This document shows, piece after piece, positions 1-10,872 of a stretch of 64,000 bases of DNA. The first letter of the stretch is position 1, and each line of letters starts with the position of its first letter. The DNA is taken from NCBI RefSeq assembly GCF_033153115.1, contig NW_026889769.1:4650001-4714000 (forward strand), read 5' to 3'. Source of the DNA: Saccostrea echinata. Lineage: Eukaryota. The notes under the pieces were generated by a model that saw only the letters and a list, made by a program, of their open reading frames with translations, was not told the origin of the DNA and ran no database searches. The position numbers and the translations under genes are program-made.

Positions 1-330
1 ATGGATACCAATTGTGCCCTTTTAAAAGCCGACCAGTTTTTACATCTTAATTAAAAGCGTCTACATGAGAAGAAAAATCTTGCTTTGGTCTTCAATTCGA
101 AATTAAGATATATCGACCATGTTTATCAATTAGCAGTATTTATTGTCAATTATATGATAAACTGGATGGCTAAAACTTTTCGATGGACAATTTTCCTTAT
201 TTATATAACATAATACTATCATCTGTGGTTATGTCTTTCAATTTATCTTATGGTGACAAAGTATATATTTTGAGATTAAGTAACCGTCAGAATTGGGGCG
301 GGGGGGGGGGACATTAGGTTTTTAATGCGT
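1..330 (+). repeat. Duplicated segment starting in a Penelope-like RT remnant; paralog of 13424-13582 + 14650-14830 (empty site for the solo LTR)
   Basis: Near-identical sequence to 13424-13582 that continues directly into 14650-14830; degraded MxTNCAP...FNSxxRYID-type RT coding in the first 150 bp. Confidence 0.8.
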
Positions 331-1149
331 ATTTCAGGTGTTTTACTTGAAGATTTTATGAGTAAATTTCCAGGAAATTGATGGTCTTTTACACCTACTG
401 ATACATGACACTTCAGTGTCACTTCTACCATTCATAGGATATGAAATGGGAACGATGAAAGTTTAAAATAAATCACACTCCCTGGAATTCTTCACAACAG
501 CTCTGAAATCTTCGTTATCACAGAAGAGATATTGGAAATCACTACATTTTTCATTTTCAGCTTCTTCACGAAGTGTTTGAAGTTTTCCTCTCAGAGAAAA
601 TTGGACCATGGTTTGCTCTTTTTCATAAAGAAATGTATATAGCCGATAATATTGAAGACAGATGATTCTAAATCAGCGCAAATAAAATCAATAATCGATA
701 TCATCGGAGACTGAAACATTACTTACATACTGGGTATGTACTAAATTATAGTATCGGGAGGGGGATTTTTTCCAGAAAGAAATGTTTCTTTTTCAATTAT
801 TAATTCAGTATGGAAATTTTCACTAACAGGCTGACTCTACACCCTCCACATAAACCCCCTCCCCTATTTTTTGTTGCAGTATGGCCAAATCCTTCAACTA
901 CATGTATCAAAACCTGCCACAAAATAAAAAAAAATTGTAACTTTCGAAATAGATGGAATGCTTAACGAAATGAAGTTGCATTTTACATTGAATTTTTTTT
1001 TTATTTTTTTTTAAAGAAAAGAACTGAAGCCTGAAGAACTTACAATACGTCCAAGATGACTTCGGTTTACATCTTAAGACATATCTTAGAGTGGGTATAA
1101 GATAACGTCCCGGATACTTCAGAGGGATCTTACTATACCTTCATAAACA

Positions 1150-1375
1150 TGCCCATTGTTTTATTTTATGATCAGACGAACTACAATAAACTTTACCAAC
1201 AATGCGTCGTTATTGATTCGGACCTCTAATAGCAACACAGGTGGGATCAGGTGCCATAGAGGAGTATGCATCCCCTGTCGACCGGTCACAACCGCCGTGT
1301 GCTCCTTGTCATGATCTGGCAAACGGAAAAATTCGTAGACAATTCAGTGTGTAAATAATGTCCTAACAATTAGTA
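1150..1375 (-). mobile_element. Penelope-like element 3' terminal fragment
   Basis: Reverse complement of the conserved motif GGCGGGTGTGACCGGTCGACAGGGGATGC..CTCCT..GGCACCTGATCCCACCT at about 1238-1300. Confidence 0.6.
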
Positions 1376-1417
1376 AATCTTGCATTAAATTCTACTGTAA
1401 TTTTTACTTTTTTAAAG

Positions 1418-2175
1418 GATATCGGGTCGTCTGGTGTATTTTCAGAAAGCTTGAAGATGTTCGCGTGATGGCTGTCCCTAACAGATTTTTGGAAGGCGTC
1501 AATGACGAGGAAAATGGATTAGCCTTTGTTAAGCAGCAATTAATTCTAGATCCAGAAATACAGAGTATGAATTCAACATTGCAGATAAAATTAAAGTTTG
1601 ATATGGAACTGAAACAATTAAAACAAACGTCTTTCATATGTGTTGTTAAATTAAAAAAACGAAGCCACAGGGGAAATTCTTGAAGAAAATTTCATGAAAG
1701 TGGTGAGAATAAAACACGACGGCCTTCCTCATTTCCTGAATGTTTCTACAAAAATCATGCAGTTTTCATGAATACAGTCGGTCATCCTAGCACTGAAAAG
1801 GAAGACTTGCCGGAAATTCCCAGGCATGCTTATAAATATGTCGTTATTCCAGGACACATCGACGAGGATACTAATGGTCACCTGAATCAATCCTCCTATA
1901 TTCGATTTTGCATGGACGCAGCAACGAATGCATCGTTGAAAGGGTATGATGAACTTTACACAAGTGATATGTGTTTATACCCCTCGTTACAGTGGACTAT
2001 TAGCTATATGGGTGAGGGCCTTGCTGGTGATCAGTTGACTATATCTACATGGCAGAAAGAACATTCTCCCGACAACATAAGATTTGCTATCGTACAAATT
2101 TCAGTCAAATTTTTCTATGCATCAACAGTATTTGGGAAAAACGCAAAAGAGAAAAGGCTTTGGCATAAATTGTAA
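1418..2175 (+). pseudogene. Acyl-ACP-thioesterase-like (double hotdog) pseudogene, copy 1; second coding exon only
   Basis: Acceptor tttaaag|1418 at the same position as in copies 2 and 3. Translation GYRVVWCIFRK...HIDEDTNGHLNQSSYIRFCMDA...WHKL aligns to 12186-12955. A +1 A in the A-run at about 1652-1659, TGA at 1681-1683 and a 7-bp deletion at about 1712. No first coding exon recognisable in 1-1417. Confidence 0.85.
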
Positions 2176-2249
2176 ATAGATGTTTATATTTGATTTTGTA
2201 TGCAAGAAATACTGATCCTTAAATCAGCATATTCTGTCGGAATACTTTG

Positions 2250-2625
2250 ATGTTGATATTAAAAAGATGGAGGACTTCAGCATTGACAATATTTTTTTTT
2301 GTAATTTTTGGCGATGGGTCTTCCAACGATCTATTGGAACTCCCATGGTCACAAATTGTGCGCTTTATTAGCGTCGAGCTGTTTTTTTTTTAAATTCTTC
2401 TTTAGCAGAATTGATTCAAATGCTTCTACATGAGAAGAAGAAGAAGTCTTTTGCTGTGGCTTCAATTCGACATTAAGATACTACGACAATGTATTATCAA
2501 ATACCAGTATTTATTTCCACTCATGTATCCTCTTGATGTATCCCATTGATCTCGAAATAAAAGCCACGTAAAGCCACGTCTCTTTCATATTTGGACGTTC
2601 TACTGAATATAGACTTTAATGGCAA
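2250..2625 (+). mobile_element. Penelope-like reverse transcriptase remnant
   Basis: Degraded coding for LIDNI..FQxSIGxPMxTNCA..FNSTxRYxDxVLS, a Penelope-type RT region; many frameshifts. Confidence 0.65.
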
Positions 2626-3196
2626 TTTTACTCCGGTTATTGCCAAGATCAAAGAAATGCCACAGGCATTTTTCTCCAATAAATCACAAACGACATCAAA
2701 AAATTATAAGATTAGAAATACATATCAAACCACTGTACAGCTGAAAAGAATATTTCACTTTAGATTCTAATACCGGTACTTATTTAGATCATATCCATGT
2801 GTCGTCTTCGGCAATCTAAACAGTGTGTAAAACCTGATAAATGTTTTATAGCTAAATTGGACTGTTACACGGACCTTCCCACAACATTTACAATCCCTGA
2901 TTTTACTGATAAGGCAACAAAATAAACAACTGATTTTGTTATTTTATATTCATAAATATTAATCAATAAATGTTACAAAAAAATTTATAAATAATTAAAG
3001 GATATTTTTAATCCAACGAAAGCTGAAATCGTGTGCCTTCCATTGCAATCGATACCTAAGCAAACAAACAAATTGACCCTCTGGTGTTAAATGGAACAGC
3101 CTAATCGTGATATGGTGACCTAATTCGTTATATATAGAGGAAACGATCAGCCAAATTTATTAAAGCTGTTAGTACAATAAAACCGTTGTTTGAAAT

Positions 3197-3687
3197 CGGT
3201 TAAACTTCGTTATCTCGAACTTGATGGGGTCGCGAAATAAACTTCGAGATAACCGAGGATTGGAGATATTGAGAGTAAAATACTTAAAAAACAAGCATTC
3301 TGAAAGTATTGCATTAGCAATACTAGTCCCCTACCGGCAAGTGTAATCTGGTTCCCGTTAAGAATTGAAAATGCCATAGTTCCGTCAAAAATCAATGAAG
3401 CGGGGCGAAATGCATACTTGATCTGTAACTCATCAAGATACACTCACACACCAAAAATCAGCTCAATATCTGCAAGCGTTTAGGAAAAAAGTGCGGAAAA
3501 CCAAGTGGGACAGACTGACAGACAGACAGAGGGACAAACAGACAGACAGACGGACAGACTCAGAGGAAACCTATAGTCCCCTCCGGTTTCACCGGTAGGG
3601 GACTAATAAGCGATTGGGACTTTCAAATAACTTCGACATATCAATGGCATTCAAGATATCAGTGTTGGAGATACCGAAGTTCAACTG
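3197..3687. mobile_element. Tc1/mariner(pogo)-type MITE
   Basis: TIRs CGGTTAAACTTCGTTATCTCGAAC / GTTGGAGATACCGAAGTTCAACTG. Confidence 0.65.
3290..3609 (+). mobile_element. Short Helentron-associated (HINE/DINE-1-like) element nested in the MITE
   Basis: AACAAG start, subterminal IR TAGTCCCCTACCGG, (GACA)n microsatellite, terminal palindrome AGTCCCCTCCGG..CCGGTAGGGGACT. Confidence 0.75.
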
Positions 3688-3789
3688 AATATAAGCCTCG
3701 GCTTTTATATTTCAAACAACATTTCTCGGCGTCGGAGGTTATCCCGCAACATTCACGAAAACGCGAACTTTATTTCTTAAATAAACAAA

Positions 3790-4580
3790 TAAACTATTAT
3801 ATTACAAACGGGATGACTTTAGCTTTTTCTTTTATCTCCTGCATATGGATTTTATCTCACTCAATTCTTTTTAAAAGCAATCAAATTTTAAACCGAGGCT
3901 GGCTACTCAGAAATAAGTTGATGCTACAAAGATTTCAACACACTCTTTACAGTAAGCAATTTGAACACTTTACAGTCATTATAACGTCTTGCAAATGCAG
4001 TCTATCGTAGGATACTGCTGACTGACAAGGTTCATACCAATCGTTAATCCACTGTTTTCAGACTAATTTTGACTGCAGATTACCCCGTTTACCTGATCAA
4101 TAAGTGGCGCAGTGGTTAGAGCGTCTTCTCCAGAGTCGCAGAGTAAGGAGCTGACCCTTACGTTGCGGGTTCGAATCCACTGCGGGACATGGAGACCGAT
4201 CCTTCAGATGAGACCGTATAAACCAAGGAGACCGTATAAACCAAGGTCCCGTGTCGCAGTAGGTGTTGGCACCGAAAAGATCCCTCACTGCTCAATGGCC
4301 CTGAGTGCCGAGTATAGGTATAAATGTGCTGCCCAACAAGTGGTGGCGTCTCCATATGAGTAAAAAAATTCTAGAGAGGGACGTTAAACAACAAACAAAC
4401 AAAAGTCTGATCAATAAATAGGGATTGCAAAGGGTTCGACAAGGGATACTTACTTATCCTAAGCACCTGATCCCACCTCTGGAATTTCCAGGGCTCCGTG
4501 TTCCCTGTTCACATAATTGTATTGTTTGTATATTTGTTTGTTTGGGGTTTTTTTTTCAGATCAATCACTGTTTGTTGTCT
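3790..4580 (+). mobile_element. Penelope-like element 3' region, interrupted by a SINE
   Basis: Degraded RT C-terminus followed by the TTACCTGATCAA..CGACAAGGGAT..CACCTGATCCCACCTCTGG terminal motif. Confidence 0.6.
4104..4406 (+). mobile_element. tRNA-derived SINE with V-domain core
   Basis: A box TGGCGCAGTGG, B box GGTTCGAATCC, core CCTTCAGATGAGACC..AAACCAAGGTCCCGTGTC, (AAAC)n tail, 11-bp TSD CTGATCAATAA (4093-4103 / 4407-4417), internal 18-bp duplication. Confidence 0.85.
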
Positions 4581-4972
4581 TTGCCTATTTTATTTAGAGA
4601 ATTTTATAACCTTCTTAAAGTAATGATTATCAAAAATAAATGGTTGAATTTAATTGGAAGAGTCGGCTTATAGTGAAAAGTGTCAACAAAAATGTAACAC
4701 ATGAGGACTAACTCATCTCAGGTTTTATTAGCTTGGTTCAACGAATGTTCAGCAAGATATTTCACCAGGACTTGCTTCTCATCAGTCCTTAAAAATAAAT
4801 CCATACTGGTCGATGTCACTTTGTATTCAACGGCACATTGTATCCTGCTAACAGACGTTTCCTACCTTTTCTGAGAAAGAGTTCTATTAATTAATCCCGA
4901 TAAATGTATTATGAGTGTGATAACTGTGCTTAACCTTCACCTTTTTTCATTCAATCCCGTTTCATATCTTAA

Positions 4973-5994
4973 GGTAGAACCTATGTCGGAAAAGTCTTTG
5001 TCACAAGATTTTCAAACTATTCAAAATGATAAATTAGCACTCGCTTGTCAATCAGATAAAAATATATGGTATGTTTCCTTGTAATTAAATGTAGTACAGC
5101 CTGTGCAACTTGGAATGATAATTTTACACTACGACTACATATTTTCAGTCATTTTTAGGGGTACTGATCATAATGAGAATATAGAAAATCACAACAATAC
5201 TTCTTCAAACATCGTCTTTTATAGACTTTATCAATTGAACCGTATTAAGCAATATTATTCAAGAATAAATTCTTTTTTATTCAATTGACATAAAAGATTA
5301 AGTCCACATTTCAACGAATATAGGCAAATGTGCTGAATATTTATTGAGTCAATTTACCACCTAAATTTGTATATATTTTTCAAAAGTCTTTATCAGAATG
5401 TTTTCAATCTTTAATATGGTGAAGAAGATACCCAAATAATTACAAAAAGTGATTAAAATATATACCTTTCCCCACAAACGAATGAGAGACACTCTATTTA
5501 TCAATACTTCTTTTGTTGACCTTTCTGCACTAACACAGGATTTATTTATTAAATGACTGTTTTGCGGTTGCGTTCAGATTTACAATGTAAATATCTATCA
5601 AAAAATGTAATTTTTTTTATTTAAAAAGATATTTTAGGGAAACATTATTATTATACACCAACCATTATGAATAATTAACAAATAATAATGAAAGGGAATG
5701 TACGTCATTTCATGATAGACATTACAAAATTTACACACAATATTTAACAGATCTTTGACCCGAAGACATTTTTATCAAGATATTGTACTATTTAAATTTC
5801 TTAGGTTTTTTTGATTTCCTTCAAAATAGTTGCATACCATTCACAGTTGTGTAACTTCATTACAAGAGGCAGTCTTGGAGAAAGTACGGGGAAAAGTAAC
5901 ATTAAATTAATTATGACGTATTAATGGATCTAGCATAAAAAAGACGGTCTAAACTGGTTTACTTGATATGACGTCATACGACGTAGGTTCTACA
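4973..5994. mobile_element. Non-autonomous Kolobok-like DNA transposon
   Basis: TTAA at 4969-4972 and 5995-5998 flanking TIRs GGTAGAACCTATGTCG / CGACGTAGGTTCTACA. Confidence 0.7.
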
Positions 5995-7436
5995 TTAAAT
6001 ACAGGAAACTTACAACATTCTTTTATCAATACCTCATAATCTTGCCACCTACAGTGTATAGTATTTATTTTTTGCAACTTTGCTGTGCAAGTTTCGGTCG
6101 GTCGACAGACCAATGGTGTCTTAAAAGTTTGCTAGATAGCCATCAAACTCTCCACATAAGTTTGGCCTTGGTAATCAGATAACCTTTTAAACTTTATAAC
6201 AAACATTTGCTACAAATATATCTCCAGAACGTTATCTTTATTTTTATCAACTTTGTACACATAATTGTCATGATAAAATGGCAGTTTTTCATTTTCTGGA
6301 CAAACGTCAAGGTCACCAGATTTTCCATTATATCCCCACCAAATGGTTTTCAAATACAGTATCAATGAGACCAAACCTGACACCCACGCCCCACGCTGTC
6401 TCAGAAAGCAGTCCAGGGGACTACTCTGGATGCCTTTCTGAAAATTTGGGCCTGCCCTGGAACTGCACTGGTACTACTCTAAAAAGCAAACCATAAAGTC
6501 CACTTCGACTGCTTTCTGGGACCTTTTTGTTCATCCATTCTAGCAGAAGTCCCCTTCTGCATTTGCAATTGTTTACTTTCAGCAAAGAATTTCTTAAATT
6601 AAGAATTAAAAATAGCTACAATGTGTTAGCATATTTGCTTAATAAAATTATTCCAAAAAAATCTATAGAACGTTTGATAATGTGAATCAGAGTTGTCGTA
6701 GCACTTTTTGACATTAGGTGTAGGTTCCTTGTGATTGGGAAAATTATCGACTTCTTTGCCAAATTGATACAATAGTTCAAAACAGTATTTTTTCCTTCTT
6801 GTGTATTTTACACTGTTTAATGTACACAGTTCTAATTAAAGATATCAAAAAATTCGAATTTAAATACATGTATAAAAAAAAAATCACTTTTATATTTCAA
6901 TGATATTGGAAAATCTCGATTATTTTTTGATCTCGAAAAATCAGTTTTCTGATATCAAAAATGATTTTTATTTTTAGATTTTTTTAATATAGAAAAAAAT
7001 AAAGGAGATTTTTTATATCATAAAACATTCTGTAGATAAGAAAATACCCTTAAAATATTAAAACATTGCCTCATATATCATTATGTACATAATAAAAGAC
7101 ATTATTTTTTCTGATCGGTGTTATTATAGGAAGAAATTCGGGGATTTTCTGATAGAAATATGAGGAAATTCATCTTTTAGATTTCAAATGAGTTCTTTTT
7201 AATGGAATCAAAAGCCTAGTTTATACATCCCACTTAATGAAATCTGAATAATGTGACATTAGAAAATTTTGCATTCAATTCTAATTATGCAAGTTGTTTT
7301 TAACTAATTACAATGAACTATCTAGTTTGAAGACGTGCGCATGATCGGTCCCCTCATAGATTTTCATCGATGACGGAAAATCTGGATTAGTCATTATAGG
7401 CATTAGTTTTTTGTTTTTCTTTTTTTTTTTCTAAAT

Positions 7437-7438
7437 TA

Positions 7439-7480
<42 letters not shown>

Positions 7481-7532
7481 GAAATTTGTCCATTGTCTGT
7501 GGTCTTTGTAAACTTTTCACATTTTTATTTTC

Positions 7533-7568
<36 letters not shown>

Positions 7569-8050
7569 ACAAAGTATCCTTGGGTAAAGGGGGTTCAAGT
7601 TTGTTGAAATGAAGGGCCACGCCACGCCTTCTTTCAAGATGATTTATGATTTCGTGAAAAATTAATGGCATCATTTAAAAATCTTCTTCTCAAGAATCAC
7701 TGTGCTTGAAAATATGAAACTTATGTTGAATCATTGTGAGGAAGTGTAGATTCAAATTTGTTCAAATCATAACCCCCGTGGGTTGGGTAGGGCTACAATG
7801 TGCGGTCAAAGTTTTACATCGGAATACATAAGAAATTTTTTTAAAAATCTTCTATTCAAGAACAGCAAATTCATGATTGGTCATCATGACCATGTTAAAA
7901 TCATGACCCCCAGGGGTAGTGTGGGGCCACAATGGGCGATCAAAGTTTTTCATGGGAATACATAAGAAAAATCTTTTAAAATCTACTCCTCAAGAACAGC
8001 AAAGCCATGATTGGTCATATTTATATGGAAGCATCCTCACGTAATATTTC
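7437..8050 (-). mobile_element. HINE (Helentron-associated) fragment with about 166-bp satellite monomers
   Basis: TTAGCTCACCTGAGCCGAAGGCTCAAGTGAGCTTTTCTGATC end-box, the reverse complement of 58262-58304, followed by monomers of the 55.3-58.1 kb satellite. Confidence 0.8.
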
Positions 8051-8224
8051 ATCAGAAACTATGTTTTGACTACAGACTCTAGCAACGATTTTTTTATTAT
8101 TTTTGGCATTTCTGTAATAACTGGTTTTTTGTTTACGGCGTTGTCCTTAAATAACCTAAGTTCCTGGTGATCTGTATATCAATCTTATCAAAATCTGACA
8201 TAACTTACCTTCCATACGAAAATG

Positions 8225-8420
8225 TAAATAAAGGAAGATAACTCGCTTGTGAACAATAAACTTTTGTGTAGTTCTACATTTTATCACCTTATTTAATCAG
8301 ATCGATCAGTCTGGATACTCTAATTCCCCTGGGTTTTTATTAAAAGTCAACTAGTCCGGATAGTTTTGGAATACTTAGAACAGTCTTGGTGAGTGTACAC
8401 TTTCCTGCAATCGTCAAATT
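8225..8420 (+). promoter_or_regulatory. Putative promoter and non-coding exon 1 of thioesterase copy 2 (donor GTGAGT at 8389)
   Basis: Homologous to 15470-15660 upstream of copy 3 (GGAAGATAACTC..GTTCTACATT..ATCACCTT..CCGGATAGTTTT..GGTGAGTGTACACTTTCC); a matching acceptor tttttgacag at 10843 precedes the ATG. Confidence 0.6.
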
Positions 8421-8431
8421 ATGACTGCATT

Positions 8432-8960
8432 TATATCATCCCGAACGAAGTCGGGGTGATATATTGTTGCAGATATAGGTGCTCGGGGAATCTCACTGAA
8501 ACTTCACAAAAATGATAACAACCAAGTCTAGCTGCATTCAACATTTAAAAAAATTATAACGATAATCATTGTCATGGAAAAAAATGCAATATGAAAAGTT
8601 TCAATATCATTTTTCAGTTAACTGCCCAGCCAATTTTATTTTTTGCATCAAATGGTAGCTGTTTGTCAAAGTTTGTCATTGTTGCCATGGAAATAAAAAA
8701 GTTTTTGGTTTTTGATTTCTTTCTCTAGATGATTCCAACCTATATGATATTGATTCTCCGCAATTTATAGAGTTAAAATATCCAAAATCATAGATGGCTG
8801 CTATTGCCATGGAAACAAAAAGCTTAATTGAGCTTAATTTCTTAAAGCTTAATTTTCACCAGAATTTAAATATTCGTTGCATCTCAAATATAGCACCCTT
8901 TGATTCATTTCGGAATATAGAGTGAAAGCTCAGTTCAGGGTGACATATGCTTTTGCTCCA
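8432..8960. mobile_element. HINE-like element hosting a foldback insertion
   Basis: Terminal palindrome TATATCATCCCGAACGAAGTCGGGGTGATATA, internal GTTGCCATGGAAA motifs, second GGGTGACATATG box. Confidence 0.5.
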
Positions 8961-8962
8961 TA

Positions 8963-10070
8963 TTATGGAACGCCAAATTAACATATATTCAAATATTTGA
9001 ACCTATCTTCAAATAATTGTACCCGGTAGAGCGCTCGCTCCGTGATCGGGAGGTCGTGAGTTCGAATCTCGGCCGCGACTGACCTAAGTCGATAAAAAAT
9101 GGATAGCAACTGTTCCTTCGTCATGCGCTTGGCACTTTGAAGTGAAAGTTGCTGGTCCTTCGGATGAGACCTTAAAAACCGAGGCCCCGTGTCACGGCAG
9201 GCGTTGGCACGATAAAGATCCCTCACTGCTCAATGGCCGTAAGTGCCGAGTAAAGGTCAAAATTTGAAGCCCTTCACCGGTATATGGTGACGTCTCTATA
9301 TGAGTGAAAAATTCTCGAATGGGACGTAAAACAGCATACAATCAATCAATCAATCAAATAATTGTACCTATCTTCAAATAATTGAACCTACCTTTAAATG
9401 AATTGAAGATAGGTACAATTGAATTAAAGATAGGCGTAAATAATTATGCCTATCTCTAAATAATTAAACCTAGGTTCAAATAACCTATCTTTAATTAAAC
9501 CTATCTTTAATTCAATTAAAGGTAGGTTCAATTGAATTATACCTATCCTTAATTCATTTAAAGATAGGTACAATTGATTAAAGATAAGTAGAATTGATTT
9601 GAAGATAGGTACAATTGAAACATATCCACAAAGGATTTGAAGAAAGGTACAATTCAATTATACCTAGGTTCAATTCATTTTGTGTCGTAGAAAATAATGA
9701 AAGCTCCCTCTAACATCGACTTGAACATGGATGGAACCAAACAAAGCATTTTTTATGGGGAGTAGTTGTTATTGTAGTGTCTTTGTAATTAAAGATAGGT
9801 TAATTCATTGCACCTATCTTAAAATCAATTATACCTATCTTTAATTCATGGTATTTGTACCTATCTTCAAATCAGTTGTACCTATCTTCAGATCGTTTGT
9901 ACCTATCTTCAAATGAATTAGAGATAGGTATAATCGAATTAAAACTATCTTTAATTCATTTACAGATAGGTACAATTGATTTGAAGATAGGTACAATTGA
10001 TTTGAAGATAGGTAAATTAATTGAAGATAGGTTCAAATATTTGAATATATGTTAATTTGGCATTCCATAA
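8963..10070. mobile_element. Foldback-type MITE with about 21-bp internal subrepeats
   Basis: About 50-bp near-perfect TIR TTATGGAACGCCAAATTAACATATATTCAAATATTTGAACCTATCTTCAA and arrays of TACCTATCTTCAAAT.AATTG in both orientations. Confidence 0.85.
9024..9353 (+). mobile_element. 5'-truncated tRNA-derived V-domain SINE nested in the foldback element
   Basis: B box GAGTTCGAATC, core GGTCCTTCGGATGAGACC..AAACCGAGGCCCCGTGTC, (CAAT)n tail, 15-bp TSD TCAAATAATTGTACC (9009-9023 / 9354-9368). Confidence 0.88.
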
Positions 10071-10872
10071 TTGCTTCATACAGTGTATTATAGCAAAGTT
10101 TTTTTTTGCTGTATGTTGTGCGTTTCTAAGAGGTACATTTTGGTATAATAATCCCAATTTTATGGTAATGTCCTCTCTATTTCTCGCAAAATAAATCGAC
10201 CACAATATGTATAATTCCTCGGGTAGAAATTTTGTTATTTGGTTCATGTAAAAAGTCGGAAACCAAACTTTAGGGAATTCTCTATAGCAATTGTTTGTAC
10301 AACTGTATATATTTTAATTTAAGAACACAGACACACAGTATGCGGGTTTGCAATCGTTTCGGTCAAAATAGGGCAAGTGCTTGAAAATCAAGTCTAGGGC
10401 CTATCATCACTTCTCGTCAAATGCAGCACGAAAAATTCAGCATATCAAGAATTTCACGAATCTGATAGAATCAGAAAGTTTCTCATCTCATAAAATGATT
10501 CACTCCCTGCATGTCTAGTGCAAAAATTATTGCATTTGGAGGGGGGATTCAAGAATAATTTTTCTAATGTTTCGACATGAACCTCAAACGAAATACTGAT
10601 CGTTCTCCCTTTCTTCTTGTTGTTTGAAATAATACATTTTCCCAAATATAAAACTTATAAGATACATGTACCTAAAATGATTATAAATAATAACATTAAC
10701 AACAATTAAGATTAAAAAGAGGAGTTTCATTTTTCAACAAATAAGTTATTAATCATATCGTTTTAAGCGTCTGATATTAACGACATACAATTCAAAACAA
10801 AACCAGTCATACTTATTGTTGTTTACTTCTTCATTTTTGACAGTGCAGGTGTAGCTGAATCCAATCCAAACA

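Larger units (their letters stand above)
3130..3780. mobile_element. Palindromic non-autonomous element (Crypton-like, tentative) split by a nested MITE and a HINE
   Basis: GTTGTTTGAAAT (about 3185-3196) rejoins ..ATAAGCCTCGGCTTTTATATTTCAAACAAC (about 3690-3720) to form a palindrome once the inserts are removed; the same core recurs at about 47435-47468. Confidence 0.4.

Noticed and set aside
561-732. Possible exon (acceptor at 560, GTATGT at 733) as the first exon of the pseudogene
   Set aside because: The frame I read has stops and no similarity to the MSHY..DRTG exon
4104-4190. tRNA gene (A and B boxes, long variable-arm-like hairpin)
   Set aside because: No acceptor stem or clean anticodon arm; it runs into a SINE body and tail and is bounded by a TSD
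9361-10030. CRISPR-like array of about 21-bp repeats (also 59375-60520)
   Set aside because: No unique spacers, the repeats invert around a centre, eukaryotic context, no cas genes; these are foldback subrepeats
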